NCBI GenBank assembly: GCA_037130265.1
Contig: JBAXTI010000002.1
Span: forward strand, 26,870 to 90,869
Direction of reading: 5' to 3'
Origin: a bacterium
GTDB taxonomy: Bacteria; Patescibacteriota; Minisyncoccia; Phycocordibacterales; JBBTRF01
Length of the DNA: 64,000 bases
Positions 8,988 to 17,669 of this stretch are shown piece after piece (positions within the stretch are counted from its first letter, which is position 1; every line of letters starts with the position of its first letter). A program made the translations under genes and the position numbers. Under the pieces are notes generated by a model. The model did not search any database. It worked only from the letters and a program-made list of their open reading frames with translations, and was not told the origin of the DNA.

Positions 8988-9788
8988 GTGCAACAGCACA
9001 CACTCAATGCCGTGACCCTTAACGTGGGCCGCGGATTTCCGGGTATCGAAAAGACGCTCGGGTTCTTCCATGGACAGGCCGCCGACGTCTTACTCTTGCA
9101 GGACCTTCGCGCCGATCACATCGGCGCGTTTCTCGTAATCTTCGGTCCTTCGGCGCATTTTGTGCCGATGTGTTACCACTTCTTCAGGGGTGGCATCGGC
9201 TGGGTGCCGGTCGGTGTCGGGATTTTCTCGAGACATCCACTGATCAACGTCTCGGCCTATGCCTACGTCGGTGCCGTGCAACCGGTCCAGAATCTGGATG
9301 GCTACGCACACGATGCTCAAGGTGCCTCCTTCGCGACGGACCTAGATCGTCTCCGCAAGACGGAATCTCGCCTCGCGGTCTTCGCCGACGTCGTCGTCCC
9401 GGGCTGTGTGCCCGTTCGTTTCGGTACCACTCACGGGGTTTGGACGCCCGGCGGTAAGGCCGACGATCATCAGCGCAAAGCCATGCGTATTCTCCGCAGT
9501 ATCATGGAGGAACGTATGATGGATGGTGCCGTAATGGCCGGCGACTTCAATGCCGCCGCTGGTGGCGAAATCCATCAGATGTTGACCGGATCCTCGGTTT
9601 ATAACTACCGGATGCCACACGGCATCACGAATACGGTGGATTGGGTGAAGCGTGGCAGATCCGGACCGCACTTGGTTGTGGACCAAATCTACGCTGCACA
9701 TCTCGACATTGCCGGTGTGGATGTGCATTCCGGAGTGAGCGATAACTTGGCGCTCACCTTCACGGTGCAGCTTCGGCCGGATCACTGA
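8988..9788 (+). CDS. Endonuclease/exonuclease/phosphatase (EEP) family protein
   Basis: Motifs TLNV, DVLLLQD, TTH, AGDFNA, VDQIY, SDN. GTG start preceded by AGGAGG (8977-8982). Confidence 0.75.
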   Translation: MQQHTLNAVTLNVGRGFPGIEKTLGFFHGQAADVLLLQDLRADHIGAFLVIFGPSAHFVPMCYHFFRGGIGWVPVGVGIFSRHPLINVSAYAYVGAVQPVQNLDGYAHDAQGASFATDLDRLRKTESRLAVFADVVVPGCVPVRFGTTHGVWTPGGKADDHQRKAMRILRSIMEERMMDGAVMAGDFNAAAGGEIHQMLTGSSVYNYRMPHGITNTVDWVKRGRSGPHLVVDQIYAAHLDIAGVDVHSGVSDNLALTFTVQLRPDH

Positions 9789-9890
9789 TCGGCCTCATCC
9801 GCAACACTAATCCAAGCAGTTCTTTCGCGACTCCCCTGATCCCTTATCGGCCTTGCGGAGTTTTTTCTTTCCTTAGTTTCTCTGTCATTA

Positions 9891-10721
9891 CTACTTCCGC
9901 CACAGATACAGCGCGATTGGGAAGTAGTAGCTATTTTTGAATGTCTCTGCGATTTGAAAATTGAAATCACGATCAGCACCACGACCCATGAAAGACGGCC
10001 AGACTCTATTTTTAAGCTTTCTGAATTGCACTTTTTCTATGACCTCGCGCTTGAACATGGAGACACCAGCGGTGCCAGGGTAAGGTGATACGTTGCCGAA
10101 GAAGAGCTTGTTGAGCAGGCGCAGGCGTTTGTAGTGAAAGTGAGTCAATTCATTCAGGTGTGGAGAGATCTTGGCGACCAAACCTTTGGCTTTTTGTGAG
10201 AGCTTATAAATATCCGCTGGTCCAAGGATGTTACCGTCTATTTTGTATTCCGCTTTTGTGCCGACCAGATCTTCTTTGAAGCGTATGTAATCGGTAGTGA
10301 TATGTGTCGCGTTGTGTTTGATGAGAAGGTCGTGTTGAATCTCCAATCGGTTTAGTAGGGATGCATCATCGCCGTCTTGGAAGGTGATCAATTCGCCGCA
10401 CGCTTTGGCGAAGCCAAAATTGCGCGCGGCGTAACCGGCGTTGGTGTTTCGTTTCAGTATCGGATCGAGACGATCGACATCGTCGCTGGGTAAAGCATAG
10501 TAGTGGATCCGCGGATCTTCTTTTGATATTGCTTCCACAACCCGCCTCGTGTCGTCGATGCTATTGTCGTCCACCACGATCACCTCCATGTTCGTGTACG
10601 TCTGTCGAATGATTGATTCGATAGCTGTTTTGATCGTCGCACCATTGTTGTGCGCGGGAACAATGACCGAGATCAGTGGTCTTGCTGGAGTTGTCGCGGT
10701 ACTCGTCGAATCATTTTTCAT
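9891..10721 (-). CDS. GT2 glycosyltransferase
   Basis: Motifs ISVIVPAHN, VVDDNSID, GYAARNFG, ITFQDGDD. Confidence 0.9.
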   Translation of the reverse strand: MKNDSTSTATTPARPLISVIVPAHNNGATIKTAIESIIRQTYTNMEVIVVDDNSIDDTRRVVEAISKEDPRIHYYALPSDDVDRLDPILKRNTNAGYAARNFGFAKACGELITFQDGDDASLLNRLEIQHDLLIKHNATHITTDYIRFKEDLVGTKAEYKIDGNILGPADIYKLSQKAKGLVAKISPHLNELTHFHYKRLRLLNKLFFGNVSPYPGTAGVSMFKREVIEKVQFRKLKNRVWPSFMGRGADRDFNFQIAETFKNSYYFPIALYLWRK

Positions 10722-12181
10722 GGGCGTAGTATATCATCAATGAATTGGCCGTAGGCGAAGGAAAAATGCTCTTTCGTGTGATGTTCTCGGACATAGTTCC
10801 AAGCAGCGCGCGCCATCTTTTCGAGCGTTTCCGGCGCTGTTTTTTCGATGGCACGCGCCTGGCGACAGATCGAATCTACTGTCGGCTTTTCTAGAATAAT
10901 CGCCGGTGCTTCTTCCAGTAAACCCGTCTGCTTGGTGACGATCGGAAACACGCCGGCGTGCATCGCCTGAATCACCGCCCCTGAAGTGCCTTCTGAGGCC
11001 GATGGGTAGATGAGGGTAGCACATGTATTTGCGATTGCGATGAATGTTGTATTTCCGACTACCATGTCCCCAGCCTTGTCTATCCTCGGTCGCGGATAGC
11101 AAGAGATGTTCGGTAATGTCAGTTCCTGAGCGTACGTCGATCGAAACTCTTTTTCGTATGTCGCAGGACCAACAATATGCAAGTGCAAATCCGGCATGGT
11201 CGCAAATGCTTCCACTACTAGATCGAGACCTTTGAGAATAGCGCCACCACCGCTGAAAAAGAGGAAGTGTTTTCGGGCTTCTGCGAAATTCTTGCTCGAG
11301 ATCTCAGAGATTTCAAATGTCTGTGTGACCGATATCGGAATATGTCGGATCGGCTTGTTGAATCGTGCGAACGTCGCGTGCACTGTTTTGTTGCCGAAGC
11401 CTTCGAGAAAATCGGCGTAAGCGGGGTTGTTTAGTCCAGCCTCGACTCTTTGTGCAGGTATAATAACGCCATGCCGCTGCTTCAGGTCGGCGAGTCGCGC
11501 GGCTTCAGCGGCATTCTGAAAGCCGCTCTCCGATGAAGTGATATGCATCACTTTTTTGCACGAAGCCTGAAGGGGTGAGGTGCCGTTGGCACTGGCGGTA
11601 CACCACCGCTCCAGATTTTGGCGGACATCGACGACGACGTTGTACGGCTTTCGAGGCATAAAAGAGGTATTCGACGCATCGATTACGTCGACTTCATACC
11701 CTCGCATCGAAAAGAGTCGCGCAATCTCGGAACATTCCCAATAGTTGGTGTGCGGGTCGGTGAACCTCTGCCAAGGAAGCAATGAAAAAGGGCCGGTGAG
11801 ATAGGATAAGAGCACTGTACCACGTCTCTGTGTCTTCGTGTGAATCGTTACCGTGCCATACAGTCGCCTGCGAACCTTGTTTCGATAAGTGATGAAGACT
11901 CGATAGTACCATTTTAGCCGTTCGAAGTGCACAGTGTCACTTTTTATCCATCGACGGATCTGCTGCCTGATTAGTGTTACTTGCGAACGAAAAATTTTCT
12001 CATAAAAAGCGTGGCCATATTCTTTGGAGAGCGTGACCCCGGTCGGCGTGCGCAGGCCATTGGCGACCACGAATGGTTGTTGAGGCCACCACGCCCATAT
12101 CTCCGCGAACACTTTTTTCGTATATTCCGGTCTACAGAAAATGATAAAAGCGACCGGTGAGGTGTTTTTATTCGGCGACAT
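10718..12181 (-). CDS. GT4-like (GT-B) glycosyltransferase with a foreign N-terminal remnant
   Basis: Motifs KGLDLVVEAF, LHIVGP, YPSASEGTSGAVIQAMHAGVFPI. Confidence 0.8.
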   Translation of the reverse strand: MSPNKNTSPVAFIIFCRPEYTKKVFAEIWAWWPQQPFVVANGLRTPTGVTLSKEYGHAFYEKIFRSQVTLIRQQIRRWIKSDTVHFERLKWYYRVFITYRNKVRRRLYGTVTIHTKTQRRGTVLLSYLTGPFSLLPWQRFTDPHTNYWECSEIARLFSMRGYEVDVIDASNTSFMPRKPYNVVVDVRQNLERWCTASANGTSPLQASCKKVMHITSSESGFQNAAEAARLADLKQRHGVIIPAQRVEAGLNNPAYADFLEGFGNKTVHATFARFNKPIRHIPISVTQTFEISEISSKNFAEARKHFLFFSGGGAILKGLDLVVEAFATMPDLHLHIVGPATYEKEFRSTYAQELTLPNISCYPRPRIDKAGDMVVGNTTFIAIANTCATLIYPSASEGTSGAVIQAMHAGVFPIVTKQTGLLEEAPAIILEKPTVDSICRQARAIEKTAPETLEKMARAAWNYVREHHTKEHFSFAYGQFIDDILRP

Positions 12182-13958
12182 GATATTTTTTGTGAGACTG
12201 CAACCAGATCTCTAGGCAGTAGAGCACCCAAATCTTGTAATTATATTCGTCACGGCCCTCATCGAAAAAGTGGTGGAGCATTTGATCTACGAACAGTTTA
12301 TTCAAGAAGGAAAATACCTCAGCCTGCGGATTGCCGAGCGTCTTTCGCACCTCTGCCTTGAAGCCGCCGGCGCGCAACCACTTTTTTACCGGCGCGCCAA
12401 AGCCCTGCTTGCGTCGATGTACGAACTCCTTCGGCATTACTTCGCCGAGGAGGTCTTTCAGAATGCGCTTATACATCACGTTGTTCGTCTTGTATTCTTC
12501 CGGCAGGTTATAGACATATTCAGCGAGTTTATGATCCAAAAAAGGCGAGCGGATCTCGAGCGAATTCATCATGCCCGCGCGGTCTGCCTTCACCAAAAGT
12601 AGGCCGGGCAGGTAGGTGGTGAGGTCGAACATATTTATTTTTTCAGCGGATGAAAGTTTCGAGTCTTTTACCTGCGAATTGAGGATGCTGATTTTGCTGG
12701 CGCACGAAGACGCAACCTTCCACAATTGCTTTCGCTCCGACGGGCTGAACACGCACACCATCTGTAAATAGCCTGACAAGGGATTCTGGAACATTTTTTC
12801 CACAAAGTTCTTTCGATACGACAAATTCTTGTGCCGAGTGTACCAGCCGTAGCCTAAAAAGAGTTCGTCTGCGCCGTCGCCGGACAGCGCCACTTTCACC
12901 TTGCTTGCCGCGAGACGTGATACTAGAAATTGCGGAAAATCCGAAGAATCAGCATGCGGCTCGTCGAAGTAGGCGATAGTCGAACGTAATTCATGGATCG
13001 CATCGTCTTTCGCTTGCAGCGGGTAGTGGTCCGTACCGATCTTCTTCGACGCCTCGAGTGCAAAGGGAAGTTCGTTGATGTAGTCCTGGTAGCCGACAGA
13101 AAAGGTTTTGATCGGCGCTTTCGAAAATGACTGCGCAATGTGGGTGACCAAGGTCGAGTCCACACCGCCCGACAGGAACGAGCCGATCTCGACGTCCGCA
13201 ATCATACGCTTTTTTACCGCTGCAGTGAGTAGGGTGCGCACCGTCTCGCGCGCCTCTTCATAAGTTGGGATTTTCTTTGTCCGTTTTTCCAGCTGCCAAT
13301 ATCGGGAAATTGAAAGTTTGCCTGAGTCCACAGTCGCCTGCGATGCTGGCGGCAAAGTATGCACATTCTTGTACACGGTCCTCCATGGTGGAATGTACAT
13401 GAGGGTTAAGTAGTCATCGAGCGCGCTTGGGTCGAGAACACCCTTGACCATGCCACTTTCGAAGATTGCCTTGATTTCCGAGGCAAAAATTAGCGCGCCG
13501 TGTTCATCGTGCGCATAATAGAGCGGTTTTTTGCCGAAGCGGTCGCGCGCCAAAAAGAGTCGCTGCTTCGCTTCGTCCCAGATCGCGAAAGCGAACATAC
13601 CTTCCAAATGGATCGGGCAGTCCTCGCCGTACTCCTGGTACGCCTTCAAAATGACCTCGGTGTCGGAGTTTGTCGAAAAAACGTGGCCTTTCGCAGTAAG
13701 TTCAGTGCGTAGTTCGCGATAGTTGTAGATCTCACCGTTGAAAGTGATCGTGAGCGGCGCTTTGTTGTCGCGCATTGGCTGATGTCCACCGGAGAGGTCA
13801 ATGATCGAGAGGCGAGTCTGGGCGAGGATGCATTGATCGAATTGCACAATCCCTTTGTCGTCCGGACCTCTCTTTGCCAAAGTGCCGAGCATCCGGGCGA
13901 GCGCCGCGTCGTCGTAGCTTTCAAGACTGATGCCGCTGATGCCGAGGATGCCGCACAT
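12168..13958 (-). CDS. asnB: Asparagine synthase (glutamine-hydrolysing)-like amidotransferase
   Basis: N-terminal MCGI, then RGPD, RLSIID, FNGEIYN, RDRFGKKPLYY, LSGGVDS, SGDGADELFLGY, RSPFLD, KQGF. Confidence 0.92.
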   Translation of the reverse strand: MCGILGISGISLESYDDAALARMLGTLAKRGPDDKGIVQFDQCILAQTRLSIIDLSGGHQPMRDNKAPLTITFNGEIYNYRELRTELTAKGHVFSTNSDTEVILKAYQEYGEDCPIHLEGMFAFAIWDEAKQRLFLARDRFGKKPLYYAHDEHGALIFASEIKAIFESGMVKGVLDPSALDDYLTLMYIPPWRTVYKNVHTLPPASQATVDSGKLSISRYWQLEKRTKKIPTYEEARETVRTLLTAAVKKRMIADVEIGSFLSGGVDSTLVTHIAQSFSKAPIKTFSVGYQDYINELPFALEASKKIGTDHYPLQAKDDAIHELRSTIAYFDEPHADSSDFPQFLVSRLAASKVKVALSGDGADELFLGYGWYTRHKNLSYRKNFVEKMFQNPLSGYLQMVCVFSPSERKQLWKVASSCASKISILNSQVKDSKLSSAEKINMFDLTTYLPGLLLVKADRAGMMNSLEIRSPFLDHKLAEYVYNLPEEYKTNNVMYKRILKDLLGEVMPKEFVHRRKQGFGAPVKKWLRAGGFKAEVRKTLGNPQAEVFSFLNKLFVDQMLHHFFDEGRDEYNYKIWVLYCLEIWLQSHKKYHVAE

Positions 13959-13962
13959 AGGA

Positions 13963-15246
13963 TTATGGTTTTTGGGTAAATTGGAAATCGAACATTATTT
14001 TGGTCTGCGGAGGCGGAAGCTTCTTTGTGCGGTAGAATCCGTTGTTATCGAGGTTTATTACGGTCGCATCGAGGACTTTGTCAAAGACCTCGGAGTGCAT
14101 ACTGTCTGATGCCATGAAAAGGCTGAGCAAGTACTCGCCGCTCTGGAAATTGATATTTTTGACTTCCACCGAGATCTCTCCTTCGCCCGGTCGAAAATCC
14201 AGCCTCTGCTCGAGGACGTTGTTGGTGATGTTGGTGAGGTCTTCACCCTTGGTATTTTTGATATCGATGGATATCTTGGTGTCCTTGAACGTCTCATTCG
14301 TTTTATTGAAATAGGCGATGTCTAAAACGAGCGAGCCTTTTTCGTTCAAACCGCCACCTCGCAACTCGCATGAAGTGAAGCGCACCTTGCCGCTCCCTTT
14401 GCGGTCCTTGCGCGCACTGAGGTCCGCTTCGCCGAGTTCTTTTCGGGTGTGGAGGTAGAAGTCGATGACGTCCTTGGTGGAACCGACCATCTTCACCTTG
14501 CCGCCTTCTATGAGCACGCACTTGCTGCACAGTTTTTCAATCGCCGCCATGTTGTGGCTAACAAATAGAATGGTGCGACCCGTCTCCCTCACCACCTCTC
14601 CCATCTTGCCAAGACACTTCTTTTGGAAATCGGCATCACCGACGGCGAGCACTTCATCTACGAGTAAAATATCCGGCTCCATGTGTGCGGCAACAGAAAA
14701 GGCGAGGCGGACATACATGCCGCTGGAGTAATAGCGGACGGGCGTGTCGAGGAATTTTTCGACGCCAGAGAAGGCGACAATTTCGTCGAATTTTTTGGCG
14801 ATCTCATTCCGCGGCATGCCCAAGATCGCGCCATTCAAAAAGATATTTTCTCGTCCGGTCAATTCAGGATGAAAACCGGTACCCACCTCAAGCAGGGAAG
14901 CCACGCGGCCGCGCATGATGATCTCGCCTTCAGTCGGCGGAGTGATGCCTGTGAGGATTTTCAGTAAAGTGGATTTGCCCGCGCCGTTGGAGCCGATGAT
15001 GCCGATGATCTCGCCTCGCTGGACATGTAAATCGATATTTCTTAGTGCCCAAAACTCCTCTTTGGTATCCATACCGATCGCGGCTTTCGCTCTCAGCTTC
15101 ATGTAACGAAAAGGGTTTTTGAACATCGATGCGAGCACATCGCGTAACGCGACATAGCCGCCGCGATTGTGGCTGATTACATACTTCTTGCCGACGCCCT
15201 TAATTTCGATAATTGGTTGCATATTTTTTGGTGTGATTTCAATCAT
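13963..15246 (-). CDS. wzt: Polysaccharide ABC transporter ATP-binding protein with C-terminal domain
   Basis: Walker A GSNGAGKST, plus LLEVGTGFHPELTGRENI, YSSGMYVRLAF and DEVLAVGD. Confidence 0.92.
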   Translation of the reverse strand: MIEITPKNMQPIIEIKGVGKKYVISHNRGGYVALRDVLASMFKNPFRYMKLRAKAAIGMDTKEEFWALRNIDLHVQRGEIIGIIGSNGAGKSTLLKILTGITPPTEGEIIMRGRVASLLEVGTGFHPELTGRENIFLNGAILGMPRNEIAKKFDEIVAFSGVEKFLDTPVRYYSSGMYVRLAFSVAAHMEPDILLVDEVLAVGDADFQKKCLGKMGEVVRETGRTILFVSHNMAAIEKLCSKCVLIEGGKVKMVGSTKDVIDFYLHTRKELGEADLSARKDRKGSGKVRFTSCELRGGGLNEKGSLVLDIAYFNKTNETFKDTKISIDIKNTKGEDLTNITNNVLEQRLDFRPGEGEISVEVKNINFQSGEYLLSLFMASDSMHSEVFDKVLDATVINLDNNGFYRTKKLPPPQTKIMFDFQFTQKP

Positions 15247-15255
15247 GGTATTTGC

Positions 15256-16092
15256 CTACAGGACATCAGCGAAATATTGTTCGACTTTTTTGAAATATAC
15301 CGTGCCGATCACTAGTAGGACGAGGCAAGCAGCAAAAGAGATCGACACGAGCTGCCAATTGATTGGCGCAGTTTCCAAAAGGGTGGCGCGCGCGGTCTGA
15401 ATGACCCCCATCATCGGATTGAGGGCGAGGAGCCAAGAGTATTTGCCAGCAATGCTCGCCGGATAGATCACCGGGGTCACGAAGAGCAGGGTTTGGATGA
15501 AGAATGGCAACACAAATCGCACATCGCGATATTTCACATTGAGCGCCGCGAGGAAAAGCCCGCCGCCGACCGCCGCCATAAAGGTGATCACTAGGAGGAG
15601 TGGGATGATTGCAATGCTGGCAAGGCCGGGAACATAGTCATAGTAGATCATCATGCCGGCGAGGATCACTGCGGCAATGGCGAAGTCTACGAGTTTGGTC
15701 GCCACTGATGAAAGCGGTAAAATTAATCGAGGAAAGTATACTTTAGTGATGATCGATTTATTGGAAATAAGAACGCTGCTGGTATCACTCAGTGCACCGG
15801 AGAAGAATTGCCAGAACAACAGGCCGACATACACGAAGATCGGGTAAGGCACGCCGTCGGAGGGAATGTTGGCAAGCTTACCGAAGAACAAGCTGAACAC
15901 CACCATGGTGATGAACGGCTGGAAGATCGCCCAGAGCGCGCCGATGCTGGTCTCTTTGTAGCGCACTTTCAGATCGCGCCAAGTGAAAAAGTAGAGCAGT
16001 TCTTTGTAGCGCCAGACCTCCTGTAAATCTTCGAAAGTTAGCACCTTTTTTGGGCGGATGAAGGTCTCGATTGTCTCAGTGTGTGTGTCCAT
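15256..16092 (-). CDS. wzm: Polysaccharide ABC transporter permease
   Basis: Motifs RDLKVRYK, GALWAIFQP, KVYFPR, LNVKYRDV, TPVIYP, NPM. Hydrophobic. Confidence 0.92.
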   Translation of the reverse strand: MDTHTETIETFIRPKKVLTFEDLQEVWRYKELLYFFTWRDLKVRYKETSIGALWAIFQPFITMVVFSLFFGKLANIPSDGVPYPIFVYVGLLFWQFFSGALSDTSSVLISNKSIITKVYFPRLILPLSSVATKLVDFAIAAVILAGMMIYYDYVPGLASIAIIPLLLVITFMAAVGGGLFLAALNVKYRDVRFVLPFFIQTLLFVTPVIYPASIAGKYSWLLALNPMMGVIQTARATLLETAPINWQLVSISFAACLVLLVIGTVYFKKVEQYFADVL

Positions 16093-16122
16093 TGGTGTGT
16101 TGCGAAAAAGAATATTGAAATA

Positions 16123-16407
16123 TTACCACCTATTGAGCTTTTCCACGACCCCCTTTTTGGCGCTCAAGTAAGTGCGGGCGGCACCGCGTTCGAGTTCTGG
16201 AGAAACGAGGCGGAGTATCTCCTTGCCGAGAATACGGTATTGGCCGCCGACTTTGTTGGCACGCAACAAACCACGCTTCAGGAGGCGCTTGATTGTACTT
16301 TCGCTGATCCGCAAGATATCCTGTGTTTCGTTGGTCGTGTAGATACCAAGCGGCGCGACCCCAGTGACACCATTTTTAACGGAGACATTTTGTGACCCTT
16401 TGCTCAT
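16123..16407 (-). CDS. Small excisionase/MerR-like HTH protein (HTH_17, BldC-like)
   Basis: IYTTNETQDILRISESTIKRLLKRGLLRANKVGGQYRI is a winged-HTH pattern. Start at ATG 16407. Confidence 0.8.
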   Translation of the reverse strand: MSKGSQNVSVKNGVTGVAPLGIYTTNETQDILRISESTIKRLLKRGLLRANKVGGQYRILGKEILRLVSPELERGAARTYLSAKKGVVEKLNRW

Positions 16408-16415
16408 ATATATTA

Positions 16416-16454
16416 ATAATAACAAAAATGTCAAAACATGTCAAAAGGTGTCAA
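16416..16454 (-). promoter_or_regulatory. sigma70 promoter overlapped by three TTGACA direct repeats with a 10-bp period
   Basis: Plus-strand TGTCAA at 16429, 16439 and 16449. The middle copy lies 17 nt from minus-strand TATTAT (16416-16421). Confidence 0.7.
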
Positions 16455-16520
16455 GATACATTCAACCTCCAACTTCAATAATTGTCCCCTTCTTCCAAAT
16501 CTGCTATTCTAAAGCCTCAT

Positions 16521-17669
16521 ATGTCAAAATTGTCGATCATTATCCCTTGTTTCAACGAGGTGCGGACTATAGATGTCCTCATTGCTAGGGTGGAAGCGGC
16601 ACCCCTACCGAAAGGCTGGCAGAAGGAGCTGGTGATTGTTGATGATTACTCTACTGACGGGACTCGAGGTAAGCTTACGGCGTACGAAGGTAAACATACT
16701 GTCGTCTATCGAGAAAAGAATGGTGGCAAAGGCGCCGGTTTGAAGAGCGGCATGTTGAAGGTGTCGGGTGACTACGTCATCATTCAAGATGCCGATTTTG
16801 AATACGACCCCAACGAGTACCAGCTAATTTTGGGCGAGTTGGAGAAAAGCGGTCGAAAAAATGCAGTGGTTTTCGGCTCGCGCCTCATTGGGCAGAATAA
16901 ATTTTTTAACGCCGTCTATTTTTATGGCAATCGGACGATGACCGCGGCCTTCAATTTTCTGTTTGGTAGCCATATCACCGACATCACCACTTGCTACAAG
17001 CTCTTTCCTCGAGAAGCAGTACCTTTTCTCATGCGCTGGTCGGAGGATGGTTTTGTGTACGATGCAGTGTATCTGACCTACGAGCTTTTCCGTTTTGACA
17101 ATCACATCATTGAAGTGCCAATCACCTACACCGCGCGTACGCGAAAAGAGGGGAAGAAGGTCAATTGGAAGCACGGAGTGAAGGCATTCTACGCTATGGC
17201 TCATGTGAAGGTTGTCGAATCGATGATTGGCCGACCGATTGCCGATCTCTTTGCAAAATACGCCCAAATCGTGCGCTTTTTCATCTCCGGTGGCGCAGGG
17301 GTATTCACCAACCTGTTTTTACTCTACGTCCTCACGGAACTCGTGCATATTCACTATCTCGTATCAGCAACCGTCTCGTTCCTCGCAGCTGTTTGCGTGA
17401 ATTTTTTGATGCAAAAATTCTGGGCCTTCAAAGACGACCATGCCGACGCCGAGAAAGACGACCGCGAGCAGAAAGCCACATATATCCAGGCGATCCATTT
17501 TTTTGTAGTGCAGCTGGTGAATCTCATTGCGAATACTGGCCTGCTATATGTTGCTGTGACTCATCTCGGTTTACAGTACCTCTGGTCCGAAGCCATCATT
17601 TCCGCGTTACTTGCCTCCGTGACCTATTTTGTAAGTAAAAAATACATCTTTTCCAGCCAGAAAAATTAA
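16521..17669 (+). CDS. Polyprenol-phosphate glycosyltransferase (GT2, DPM1-like) fused to a GtrA domain
   Basis: Motifs LSIIIPCFNE, DDYSTDGT, NGGKG, QDADFEYDP, GSR, DITTCYK. C-terminal RFFISGG...NFLMQKFWAF is GtrA-like. Confidence 0.88.
   Translation: MSKLSIIIPCFNEVRTIDVLIARVEAAPLPKGWQKELVIVDDYSTDGTRGKLTAYEGKHTVVYREKNGGKGAGLKSGMLKVSGDYVIIQDADFEYDPNEYQLILGELEKSGRKNAVVFGSRLIGQNKFFNAVYFYGNRTMTAAFNFLFGSHITDITTCYKLFPREAVPFLMRWSEDGFVYDAVYLTYELFRFDNHIIEVPITYTARTRKEGKKVNWKHGVKAFYAMAHVKVVESMIGRPIADLFAKYAQIVRFFISGGAGVFTNLFLLYVLTELVHIHYLVSATVSFLAAVCVNFLMQKFWAFKDDHADAEKDDREQKATYIQAIHFFVVQLVNLIANTGLLYVAVTHLGLQYLWSEAIISALLASVTYFVSKKYIFSSQKN

Noticed and set aside
16123-16407. Excisionase marking an integrated element
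   Set aside because: No integrase, tRNA or att-like repeat is seen, and the gene is co-oriented with and adjacent to wzm.
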